DNA of 63,326 nt from a candidate division WOR-3 bacterium. Its GTDB lineage: Bacteria; Hydrothermota; Tepidihabitantia; Tepidihabitantales; Tepidihabitantaceae. Of this stretch, positions 15,207 through 24,106 are shown piece after piece. The stretch lies in contig JAPLUO010000214.1 in the NCBI GenBank assembly GCA_026397595.1, positions 1 to 63,326 of the forward strand. Reading direction: 5' to 3'. The notes beneath the pieces are model-generated. The model was not told where the DNA came from. It searched no databases and saw only the letters and a list, made by a program, of their open reading frames with translations. The stretch's first letter is position 1; each line of letters begins with the position of its first letter. A program made the position numbers and the translations under genes.

Positions 15207-18200
15207 CTACAACTTGGTCCGGCGCAGGCGGAGGGAGTTGGTGACCACGTTCACTGAGGAAAGGCCCATCGCCACTTCGGCCATGATGGGATGGAGCAGC
15301 CCGAGCATGGCCAGCGGTATCGCGACCACGTTGTAGGCGAACGCCCAGAAGAGGTTTTGCCTTATCTTCACAAAGGTGGCGCGGGAGAGCTTGATTGCGG
15401 AAACAACACCTGTCAGGCTGCCGCGCACGAGTGTGACGTCCGACGATTCAATGGCCACTTCGGTGCCGGTGCCGATGGCGATGCCGACGTTGGCGGCCTT
15501 CAAGGCCGGCGCGTCGTTGATGCCGTCGCCGACCATGGCCACGCTGCCGAACTCTTTCTGCAGGTCCATCACGACCTGCTGCTTCTGCGCGGGCAGGACT
15601 TCCGCGACCACGCGCTCGATTCCGACTTCGCGGGCAATCGACTCCGCAGTCTCATGGTTGTCGCCGGTCAGCATCACTGGCACGATGCCGAGCGCCTTGA
15701 GGCCGGCAATCGCCTCGGCTGAGTCCGGCTTGACCGTGTCGGCCACGCCGATGACGCCGAGCAGTTTTCCTCCGGCCGCGACGTAGAGCGCACTCCGCGC
15801 CCGCTTCTGGAGTTCTGTCGCCGCATCGGTGAGAGCACGGCAGTCAACCCCGCATTCCTTGAGCAGTTCCTCTTTGCCGACCACCACCTCGACGCCACTC
15901 ACCAGGCCTTTCACACCCAGGCCCGGAACAGCTTGAACTTCCGTTGCCTGCGAGAGAAGTTCTTTGGAGTGCGGCAGCGGAGCTGCCGCCTTTCCGGGCT
16001 CGTCCGTCCGGTTCGGAAAAGCGGGAGCTGCGCTCCCGCACTCCAAGGCCCCGGAAGCACCGCAATCCGGTACGGTCCCCACGATTTCGGTCATGTCCCG
16101 CGCCGCGGCGATTACCGCTCCTGCCAGAGGATGTTCCGACCCCTGTTCCACTGCAGCAGCCATCCTCAGTACATCGGCTCGCTGCACCCCGGCGGCCGGA
16201 ATCACGTCGGTGACCGCGGGCCGGCCCTGCGTGATGGTGCCGGTCTTGTCGAGCACGACCGCGCGGACGTCTTTCAGGGTCTGAATCGCCTCTCCCGAGC
16301 GGAAGAGAATCCCGCGCTCCGCGCCCATGCCGGAGCCGACCATCAAGGCGGTCGGAGTCGCAAGCCCCAAGGCGCACGGGCAGGCAATCACCAACACCGC
16401 GACTCCGGCAAAGAACGCGAGCGATACCACCGGTAATTGCGGGTTGACCCATGGCAGGAACTTCGCGGCCCATACGAGCATCGGCTTGAGGCTCGGCGTC
16501 AGGAAGAACCACGCGGCAAAGGTCACCGCTGCGACCAGCAGGATTACAGGTACGAAACGGGCCGTTACCTTGTCGGCAAACGCCTGAATGGGAATCTTGG
16601 TGCCCTGTGCCTGCTCGACCAGCTTGATAACCTGGGAGAGGAACGTGTCTTTGCCTACACGGGTAGCCTCGACCTTGATGAGGCCGTTGCCGTTCACTGT
16701 CGCGCCGATGACCTCGTCGCCGGTCTTCTTCTCGATCGGCAACGACTCGCCGGTCGCCATTGATTCGTCCACGCTGGTGCTGCCTTCGACAATCCGGCCG
16801 TCGGTGGGAATCTTCTCTCCGGGCCGGACAACCATCACGTTGCCGGGCGCGAGTTGCGCAACCGGCACTTCCTTCTCGACGCCCTCAGCCGTTTGAATCC
16901 GCGCGGTGCGCGCACCGAGGGCGACGAGCTTCTTGATCGCCTGTGAGGCCCGGCCCTTTGCGCGCGCCTCGATGTACCGGCCGGTCAGGAACACGGCCAT
17001 CACCATGCCACCGGCGTCGGCAAAGCTCTTTATCGGCAGCCCGGCCAGCACGGCGACCCCGGAAGCCAGCGCCGCGCTCACGCCGAGCACAATCAGCACG
17101 TCCATCGAAGCGGACCCGGCGCGCACCGAACCCCATGCCCCGCGTATCGTGGTCCATCCCGGGCCGAACAGCACCGCGGTGCAGAAGGCGACGTCAATCC
17201 AGACCATCCCCGGGATGTGGACCGCGTGGAGGCCGTGCAGCACCATCAGCAGCATCGGCACCAGCCCGAGAATCCAGGCCCAGACCAGCCGGCTGGAGGC
17301 ACGGCGAAGTTCGGCCTCGGCATGGTCTTCGCTGCCGGCCGTTTCGTGCCTGACTTCGTAACCGACGTCGGTAACCGCCTTCTCAAGCGCGGCGACCGGC
17401 GACACCTTGGGGTCGAACTCGACGATCGCCTTCTCAATGGCGAAGTTCACTGTCGCTGTCTTTACGCCCGGCAGCCGGTTGAGCGCCTTCTCCACGGTGG
17501 CCACGCAGCTCGCACAGCTCATGCCGCCGACCGCAAGTGTCACGGTCTGGGTCTTCCCCAGTTCCGCCTTGTCGAGCAGCACGGGCTCGGGCAAACCGCT
17601 GTCCGCGATTTGTCCTTCGTCCTTCGTCCTTTGTCTTTCTCCCTGCAAGAACCTCTCCGGTTCGGACTGGAACCGCTTCAGGCAGTTCGGGTTGCAGAAG
17701 TAGAAGGTAGTGCCCTTGTAGTCCCACTTCGCCGCCTCCTGCCCTTCCTGAACCACCATCTTGCACACCGGGTCAATGTGAGATTGCCGATTGACGGTTG
17801 CGGATTGTAGAATGTCCGGACCCTTTGTGTCTTCGAGTCTTGGTGGTAAGGTGCCGTCAGTTCTGACTTCTGACTTCCCCCGTACTTTCGTGTCCTTGTG
17901 TCTTTGTTGTGGGATTCCAGCAGTTCTGACCTCTGGACTCTGCATTCTGACTTCTGCCTTCGGTTGCGCTGCCGGCTGAGGTTTGGGCTTGAGTCCAAGG
18001 TACAGGTCCGGGTCAGCCTTGAACTGCTCAAGGCAGCTTTGGCTGCAGAAGTAGTACGTCTTTCCATTGTACTCCCACTTGCCCGCCTCACGGCCCTCGA
18101 TAACGTGCATTCGGCACACCGGGTCAACGTGCGACTTCGCCAGTCCCTCGGCCACCGGCACGACTTCAGGCGTCTTCTGCTCGACCGGCGGTTTCGTATC

Positions 18201-18356
18201 GAAGTGCGACTCCGGGTTCTGCTGGAACTTGCGGGCGCAGACCTTGGAACAGAAGTAGTACGTTACGCCGTCGTACTCGCGCCGGGCAGCCTCCTGCCCC
18301 TCCACAACTTCCATCTTGCAGACCGGGTCAATGTGTCGAATCGGAACTGTCTTCAT
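15207..18356 (-). CDS. copA: copper-translocating P1B-type ATPase with three N-terminal YHS/TRASH domains and one HMA domain
   Basis: Three copies of DPVC(K/R)M.V...YYFC.. modules. [11 protein letters not shown] motif, CPC (ACPCALG), [13 protein letters not shown]. Confidence 0.95.
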   Translation of the reverse strand: MKTVPIRHIDPVCKMEVVEGQEAARREYDGVTYYFCSKVCARKFQQNPESHFDTKPPVEQKTPEVVPVAEGLAKSHVDPVCRMHVIEGREAGKWEYNGKTYYFCSQSCLEQFKADPDLYLGLKPKPQPAAQPKAEVRMQSPEVRTAGIPQQRHKDTKVRGKSEVRTDGTLPPRLEDTKGPDILQSATVNRQSHIDPVCKMVVQEGQEAAKWDYKGTTFYFCNPNCLKRFQSEPERFLQGERQRTKDEGQIADSGLPEPVLLDKAELGKTQTVTLAVGGMSCASCVATVEKALNRLPGVKTATVNFAIEKAIVEFDPKVSPVAALEKAVTDVGYEVRHETAGSEDHAEAELRRASSRLVWAWILGLVPMLLMVLHGLHAVHIPGMVWIDVAFCTAVLFGPGWTTIRGAWGSVRAGSASMDVLIVLGVSAALASGVAVLAGLPIKSFADAGGMVMAVFLTGRYIEARAKGRASQAIKKLVALGARTARIQTAEGVEKEVPVAQLAPGNVMVVRPGEKIPTDGRIVEGSTSVDESMATGESLPIEKKTGDEVIGATVNGNGLIKVEATRVGKDTFLSQVIKLVEQAQGTKIPIQAFADKVTARFVPVILLVAAVTFAAWFFLTPSLKPMLVWAAKFLPWVNPQLPVVSLAFFAGVAVLVIACPCALGLATPTALMVGSGMGAERGILFRSGEAIQTLKDVRAVVLDKTGTITQGRPAVTDVIPAAGVQRADVLRMAAAVEQGSEHPLAGAVIAAARDMTEIVGTVPDCGASGALECGSAAPAFPNRTDEPGKAAAPLPHSKELLSQATEVQAVPGLGVKGLVSGVEVVVGKEELLKECGVDCRALTDAATELQKRARSALYVAAGGKLLGVIGVADTVKPDSAEAIAGLKALGIVPVMLTGDNHETAESIAREVGIERVVAEVLPAQKQQVVMDLQKEFGSVAMVGDGINDAPALKAANVGIAIGTGTEVAIESSDVTLVRGSLTGVVSAIKLSRATFVKIRQNLFWAFAYNVVAIPLAMLGLLHPIMAEVAMGLSSVNVVTNSLRLRRTKL

Positions 18357-18382
18357 GTCGTGTTAACTCCTTGACCCATGGT

Positions 18383-19003
18383 CTAGTCCGCGCGCCGGAA
18401 CAGAGACCCAAGAGGGTCAAACAGCGCCCGGATTGGCGCCTTGTGGAAGAAATCCCGCTTCAGTCGCGGCATCAGGCCGATGACGCGGATTATCTCGCTG
18501 GGCGGGAACTCCTCGCGCTCGCCCACGGCGAGCACGTAACGTCCCTCGTTGCCCGGACGCGATACGGTTGCGGCGTACGTGCCCGGCCCGACGCGCAGCC
18601 GCTCCTCCGGGCCCATCAGGTACGAATCCCCACCGTGCGGTTCGTAGAACTCCGTCCACTTGTACGCGCGCCCGTCGAGCAGGACGATTGTATCCGGCCC
18701 GCTGGTCACATTGACTGAAAGGTCAGTGGGTATGCTGACCTCATCGGAAACAAGGATATTGACGTAGAGGTCGAACGAGTCCGGGCTCGCAATCTCGTAG
18801 ACCGCGGGCTTGCCGTGCAACTCCGCGTAGAACGCCTTCGACACCTCTGGTTTCTCCACCCGGGTGACGCCGGTGTCGGTCACCATGTGCGGCTGGTGCG
18901 CGTAGGCGGTCCCGGCAGCGCCCAAAGCTATCAATGTTGACACGAGGAAGAAGAGAGGGATTCTGGTACCGTCTCGCCTGACCCCGTCGTACTCCATCTG
19001 CAT
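18383..19003 (-). CDS. hypothetical exported protein downstream of copA
   Basis: Signal/anchor segment LFFLVSTLIALGAAGTAYA. No family recognised. The start was chosen at an internal ATG. Confidence 0.35.
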   Translation of the reverse strand: MQMEYDGVRRDGTRIPLFFLVSTLIALGAAGTAYAHQPHMVTDTGVTRVEKPEVSKAFYAELHGKPAVYEIASPDSFDLYVNILVSDEVSIPTDLSVNVTSGPDTIVLLDGRAYKWTEFYEPHGGDSYLMGPEERLRVGPGTYAATVSRPGNEGRYVLAVGEREEFPPSEIIRVIGLMPRLKRDFFHKAPIRALFDPLGSLFRRAD

Positions 19004-19125
19004 GGGGCCGCGCGGGGCCCGTTCAGCTCGTCCTGGCACGAACCTATTCATGCTACGCTATTAGACGCGGAAGTACGGGTTTGAGACTCTGCGCCGCCGG
19101 CCGGAAGCGCGGAGTCGACAGGCGC

Positions 19126-19722
19126 TCAATCATAGAGTGAATCGATGCCCGGCTTGCGGTTCTCGTGTGCCCGCCGGACCACCGCTGCTATCCGTCGTTG
19201 CCGTGTTTCAGACCGCTTCGCGTCCGTCACCCATCCGACGTACATCGTCCGGTAGGTCGGAGCGAACCGGCTGAAGTTGCGCCACACCTCAGCCACGGCC
19301 TTCAACGCTCTCCGCAGGTCCGGCGGTAGTGCGGGCGCTGTTCGTGACGTGTATGCGGCCTGCCATCTGCCGCTCCGCTTGGCGGCACGCGCCGCAGCCA
19401 TGCCGGCATCGGCCATCCTGCCGTCGGCAATCAGGCGCTTCACCCTGGCCTTGTTGACCTGTGACCAGATGCTGCCCTGCCTCCGGGGAGTCCAGCGTTG
19501 CCGGAACTTGTCACTGTCGACTGCCTTGATTTGGCCATCAATCCAGCCGAAGCAGAGTGCCTCGTCGAGCGCATCCTGGTAGCGTAGCCCGCTGCAACCC
19601 GCACCCTTCTTGTACATGTACACCCACTCGCCCTGCGACTTCGCGTGATTGCGCTGCAACCACCTGCGCCACGCCGCCGCGCTCTTGAAATCCAGCGGCT
19701 TCATTTCATCACGTCCACTCAT
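19126..19722 (-). CDS. YdeI/OmpD-associated family protein
   Basis: ...FKSAAAWRRWLQRNHAKSQGEWVYMYKK...LCFGWIDGQIK...RQRRIAAVV.... The ORF-track N-terminus overlaps the tRNA, so I trimmed to the ATG at 19722. Confidence 0.65.
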   Translation of the reverse strand: MSGRDEMKPLDFKSAAAWRRWLQRNHAKSQGEWVYMYKKGAGCSGLRYQDALDEALCFGWIDGQIKAVDSDKFRQRWTPRRQGSIWSQVNKARVKRLIADGRMADAGMAAARAAKRSGRWQAAYTSRTAPALPPDLRRALKAVAEVWRNFSRFAPTYRTMYVGWVTDAKRSETRQRRIAAVVRRAHENRKPGIDSLYD

Positions 19723-19832
19723 GGAGGTCACACCAGCCACGCGAATTCCCCATTCTGGCTTCGCGCCTGGTCTTGTATTGGGGTTTCGGGCTTGATTCGT
19801 CATTCGGACTTCGTCATTCGGACTTCTGCGAA

Positions 19833-19918
<86 letters not shown>

Positions 19919-19926
19919 GAGAAACT

Positions 19927-20015
19927 AAGGGGTCAGGGGGGCAGGGGGTCAGGGGTTCCGGGGTTCAAGGGTTCCGGTTCCGGCACCAGAACCCCAAGAC
20001 CCTCGAACCCGCTAA
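19927..20015. repeat. imperfect low-complexity palindrome (ggggt/ggttc words) between the tRNA and the transpeptidase operon
   Basis: gggttcaagggt on the left is complementary to accctcgaaccc on the right. The flanking arms are built from related words. Confidence 0.5.
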
Positions 20016-20063
20016 CCCCTCTGCAGCAGCATAACCGATGCTGCGCGAGTGTCAACGTGCGGG

Positions 20064-20717
20064 CTACTTGATGAGAACCAGGGTCCCCGGCTTGACCGCG
20101 TCCACGATGGTCTTGAGTGGCATCGAATCGAGCTCGATGTAGGTGTGGTCGATCGCCTCGGGCGGCACTTCGTCGCTCACCCGGCCGTGAATCACAAGGT
20201 TCCCGCCCAGATAGATCGCGCCCGCGCCGAAAGCGTCCCTCACGCAACGCGAGGCCGAGTCGGGCGCCGGCGCGACGCCCTCGAGCCGATACAGCCAGTC
20301 CGGCCGGCACCACGTTGTCCGGACCTCCTTGCTCAAGACCTCGAGCGTCGCCCTGGGCAGGGCCGCGAACTCATCCTCCTCATCTTTCGCCAGCCATAGC
20401 CGGAACTTCGTTTCCAGTATCGTCTTGTCCTGAAGCGCGAGCGTGAGCTTCTGGTCGGCCCGATTGATGACGAGATACGGCTCGCGCCTCGACAGCGAGG
20501 CGATCCGGTAGTTCAGGAACTGCTCGTCCTGAGCGAGCTTCTGCCTGACCGCCTGCAGGCTGTCGTACTGACGGGTGATGACCTGCGCCTCGACGTCTGT
20601 CTCCAGGGCCGCGCGCATCAACTCGCGCTTGCCCACCGCGTCGGCCAGCCGTACCAGCGCCAGGCTGCCGACCACGGTCGCGACCGCGGCGATGAAGCTG
20701 GTTGTTCTCCTGCCCAT
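20064..20717 (-). CDS. L,D-transpeptidase-like protein lacking the catalytic Cys (degenerate YkuD domain)
   Basis: The C-terminal half parallels the upstream paralog (RPDWLY..., GAIYLGGNLVIHGR...). The H-G-C-I-R position reads IDHTYIELD instead. Confidence 0.55.
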   Translation of the reverse strand: MGRRTTSFIAAVATVVGSLALVRLADAVGKRELMRAALETDVEAQVITRQYDSLQAVRQKLAQDEQFLNYRIASLSRREPYLVINRADQKLTLALQDKTILETKFRLWLAKDEEDEFAALPRATLEVLSKEVRTTWCRPDWLYRLEGVAPAPDSASRCVRDAFGAGAIYLGGNLVIHGRVSDEVPPEAIDHTYIELDSMPLKTIVDAVKPGTLVLIK

Positions 20718-21403
20718 CAGAAAATGAACACCTTGGTCCCGACCGGCACGGAATCGTAGAACACCTTCAGGTCCTCCCTGCCCACCCGGATGCAGCCGTG
20801 GGTGACGCTCCGGCCCAGCAGGTTCTCCTGTGGCGTGCCGTGAATCATCACGCCGCCACCGAGGTCAAGCATATACGCGCCCAGCACGCCCTTATCTCTT
20901 CGCAACGGCGAGTTGAGGGGCGGTATCGTCTCGCCCTTTTCAAGGAAAGCCCAGTCCGGCTTTATCCAGACCGGGTCCTTCTTCTTGCGGATGACGGTCA
21001 TGATTCCGCGCGGGGTCTGAAAAATCCACTTCTGGCCCCGGTACGTCAGAGTGTCGTTCTTGCCGGTCGAGATGGCGGCCTCCAGAATCACTTTCTGCCC
21101 GCGCCGCAAGTCGAGCCGGTTGCCATTGGGGATGACGACTATGTAGAGCTCATTGGTGAACGCAGTGGCAAACTGCTCGGACAGTTGTTTGACCGCACCG
21201 GTGAGTTCCTCTATCTCTGGCCCGAACTTCGGCATCTCGAGTCTCATCTTCATCGTGCGGGCACGGGTCCTGGACATCTGGAACGCCAGGCTGAAGATAT
21301 CGAGGCCCGCGCTCTCCCTGACCGGCAGGTAGAACTCGGCCCAGACCATGACCATGGCCGACAGGACGACTATGCCAATTGATTTTACCGGGCTCAGGCT
21401 CAT
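20717..21403 (-). CDS. L,D-transpeptidase (YkuD domain)
   Basis: ...GVMIHGTPQENLLGRSVTHGCIRVGREDL... catalytic His/Cys motif. Confidence 0.8.
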   Translation of the reverse strand: MSLSPVKSIGIVVLSAMVMVWAEFYLPVRESAGLDIFSLAFQMSRTRARTMKMRLEMPKFGPEIEELTGAVKQLSEQFATAFTNELYIVVIPNGNRLDLRRGQKVILEAAISTGKNDTLTYRGQKWIFQTPRGIMTVIRKKKDPVWIKPDWAFLEKGETIPPLNSPLRRDKGVLGAYMLDLGGGVMIHGTPQENLLGRSVTHGCIRVGREDLKVFYDSVPVGTKVFIF

Positions 21404-22413
21404 TGATGCCAGCGGGACGCCTTGCCGCGGACATCAACGTGGATGAACGCCCCGCGTGACCGGGTGCGGCTGTACCAGCCCACGCCGCCGACCAGTTCCG
21501 GGTGCTGCGCTTCCAGGTCATCAACGTAACCGGCCAGGAGCTTGGCATCCTTCCGGTTCGACTGGCCGTCGTGGTTCAGGTCGTCAAGCTGACCATCCTT
21601 GTTGCCGTCAAGGACTATGTCGGCCGCCCCACCGTAGATGTGCGCGCTGTTGCGGCCGCGCTCCACGCGGTAGTTGTGGGACGGGGGTCGATACCCGCTG
21701 AAGACCGTGAACCGATCAAACTTGACCCCCCGGCTCTGCACCAGGTCGGTCAACAATTCCAGCTTGACCAGCAATTCCTCGCGCAGGACCGTGTACTTGG
21801 GGAAACCCTCCATCGTTCGCGGCGTGAAGTCGCGAAGCGTGTAACGCGGCGATACCGGCGTGTCCAGGTTGTCGGGCGTCACGACGATGAACCCCTTTGG
21901 CCTCGTGAAGTTCGGGAACTCCGCGATAGGCTTCGGGTACTTCCCGATTCTGACACCTTTCAGGTACCCCTTCTTGTCAAGACTGTCATAGGGAATCATC
22001 ACAAAAGCGTTGATGCGCCGAACAGTAGACCCGCTCGTGACTATTATCGGGTACAGGCCCGGCTCCTGGGGCGCGACCCAGCAGGTCGCGTTTCCTTCGT
22101 CCACCAGTTCTCCGGCCGACGCGACCCAGCCGCTGCTGCTCGCGTAGTCCGAAGTTGCCAGCCGGAGCGTCTCGCCCGGCAGTACAAACCGGCCGATATT
22201 GTCCCAGTCGTAGACGTAGCCGTCGACGTCAACCGAGAGCTTCGGTCTAACCTGTCCCCTGACTGCTGCATCACTGAGGGTCGAGCCGGCTCCGACGCCG
22301 GCGAGAAAGATGAAGGAAACCAGTATCGCGCGCAATGTATTGCCTATTTTAGTCGACCGGCCCCGACTGGTTCGGACCGGGTCGAGGCCGAGGAAGTATA
22401 GCCGGGGCCGCAA
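21400..22413 (-). CDS. peptidase M15A-like (YcbK/DUF882-type) cell-wall peptidase
   Basis: ...FSGYRPPSHNYRVERGRNSAHIYGGAADIVL... and ...AFIHVDVRG.... Stop/start overlap (ATGA) with the transpeptidase gene. Confidence 0.6.
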   Translation of the reverse strand: MRPRLYFLGLDPVRTSRGRSTKIGNTLRAILVSFIFLAGVGAGSTLSDAAVRGQVRPKLSVDVDGYVYDWDNIGRFVLPGETLRLATSDYASSSGWVASAGELVDEGNATCWVAPQEPGLYPIIVTSGSTVRRINAFVMIPYDSLDKKGYLKGVRIGKYPKPIAEFPNFTRPKGFIVVTPDNLDTPVSPRYTLRDFTPRTMEGFPKYTVLREELLVKLELLTDLVQSRGVKFDRFTVFSGYRPPSHNYRVERGRNSAHIYGGAADIVLDGNKDGQLDDLNHDGQSNRKDAKLLAGYVDDLEAQHPELVGGVGWYSRTRSRGAFIHVDVRGKASRWHQ

Positions 22414-22513
22414 GCAGTGTCAACGTAGCCCCGCTCTTGCCGAACGCCGGCCATTCCTGTACAGTGTTAGCCGTTTCGAACGCCGACAATCAAATCCACG
22501 CTGTTGAGGAGGC

Positions 22514-24103
22514 TTGATGAAGTTAGCTGTCACGTTGGTAACTCTCTGTGGCATCGTTCTTGCCGCCGGGCCCGCGCTCCCGGTCGGCGTAGTCGACACG
22601 GTCGGCGGGACGACCTTCGACGACCAGAACTCCGGCCCGGCCCTGCAATGGGTCGCCTACGATCCCGCGTACGGGATCCACGTCACGTGGATGTACTCGG
22701 CCTCGGCCTCGAACTGGCCGGACCGCACTATGCGTTACAACTTCTATGATCGGAGCGCGGGTTCATGGAACTGGAACGACCCGGATTTCATGGCGTCGGG
22801 CGTTAACTCCCAGTTCCGCAAGACCGGGTACGGAACCCTTGAACTCGACCCGGCCGACGGCTCCGCTCGCATCGCCTGCCACTACTCTGCGGGCATGCCG
22901 GGCTTCACGCCGGTCGTGGTCGACGATATTGCCCCCGGCGGCGGGGCCTTCGACGAGTGCCTCGGGGCACCGAACCTGACCGACTACTTCCTGCCGGTGA
23001 TCGCCATGCCGCAGGACGGATCCATCAGCCTGCTCCTCATCCGCTTCTCGACGTCGGACAACCTGTACTACACGCGCGCGACGACGTGGTGCAACTGGGA
23101 CGCGCCGGTCTGGTGGGGCGTCACCGGCGGGTTCGGCCACAACATCGTCGCTTCCCACGCCTCGAACAAAGTGCTCGCGACTTGGATGAGCGGCACCAAC
23201 GACAGCCTGGCGCTCGGCTACCGGTTCTCCTCGGACGGCGGTGCCAACTGGGGCGATGCCCGGACCCTGACCCCGCCCTCGGCCTTCGGCGGGGACTCGG
23301 GCACGGTCTGCTTCATCGGTGCGACCGCCATGTTCGACAAAGACGACAACTGGCAACTGGTCACGACACTCGTGCCGCTAGTCGCCGACTCCGCCATGCA
23401 GAACCCGGCCCAACTCTGGCTGTACAACTCCGGCACCAGCGAATGGCATTTCATACACGGCGCCGGCGCGCAAAACCTCTCGGGCGAGATCGGTGGCAAC
23501 GCCGCGTACTGCGGCCGTCCCAGCATCGGCCAGAACCCGGCCGACGGCAGATTCTACGTGGCCTGGGAAGAATTCGACTCCACCAACTTCGAATCCAGCA
23601 CCGGGCAGCTCCGAGCCGACATCTTCCTTTCCGCCTCACTGAACGGAACAGACTGGTCCGACCCGATGCGCCTGACCAATGCCGACGAAACATCCAAGCG
23701 CTTCCCGTTCCTCGCGCGGAACTGCGCGGGCGACTCGCTCGCGGTTGGGTTCGAGCAGGACTCAATCGCCGGTTTCAACTCTAATGGCGTCGGCGCCATC
23801 TCAAACAACCCCATCTGCGTCTGGCACGGCGAGGTCAGCGGCATCTCCGAATCCCGGCCCTCGTCCCCCGCCCCTCGCCCGCTCCTCGCCCCCACCATCA
23901 TCCGCAGCGTCCTGTTCCTGCCCTCCTCCCTCCTCTCGCCTCCCTGCTTACTCCTTTCGCCCGATGGCCGCCGCGTCATGTCCCTTCGCCCCGGCCCCAA
24001 CGACATCAGCCGCCTCAGCCCGGGCGTGTACTTCGTACGCGAGGAGCCACAAGCCTCAAGCCACAAGCCGCAGGCTGTTCGGAAGGTCACGATAGCCCGC
24101 TAG
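22514..24103 (+). CDS. secreted beta-propeller-like protein with a T9SS C-terminal sorting domain
   Basis: Signal peptide, then W/Y-rich repeated blades. CTD ...LLLSPDGRRVMSLRPGPNDISRLSPGVYFVRE...VRKVTIAR. Confidence 0.6.
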   Translation: MMKLAVTLVTLCGIVLAAGPALPVGVVDTVGGTTFDDQNSGPALQWVAYDPAYGIHVTWMYSASASNWPDRTMRYNFYDRSAGSWNWNDPDFMASGVNSQFRKTGYGTLELDPADGSARIACHYSAGMPGFTPVVVDDIAPGGGAFDECLGAPNLTDYFLPVIAMPQDGSISLLLIRFSTSDNLYYTRATTWCNWDAPVWWGVTGGFGHNIVASHASNKVLATWMSGTNDSLALGYRFSSDGGANWGDARTLTPPSAFGGDSGTVCFIGATAMFDKDDNWQLVTTLVPLVADSAMQNPAQLWLYNSGTSEWHFIHGAGAQNLSGEIGGNAAYCGRPSIGQNPADGRFYVAWEEFDSTNFESSTGQLRADIFLSASLNGTDWSDPMRLTNADETSKRFPFLARNCAGDSLAVGFEQDSIAGFNSNGVGAISNNPICVWHGEVSGISESRPSSPAPRPLLAPTIIRSVLFLPSSLLSPPCLLLSPDGRRVMSLRPGPNDISRLSPGVYFVREEPQASSHKPQAVRKVTIAR

Positions 24104-24106
24104 ACC

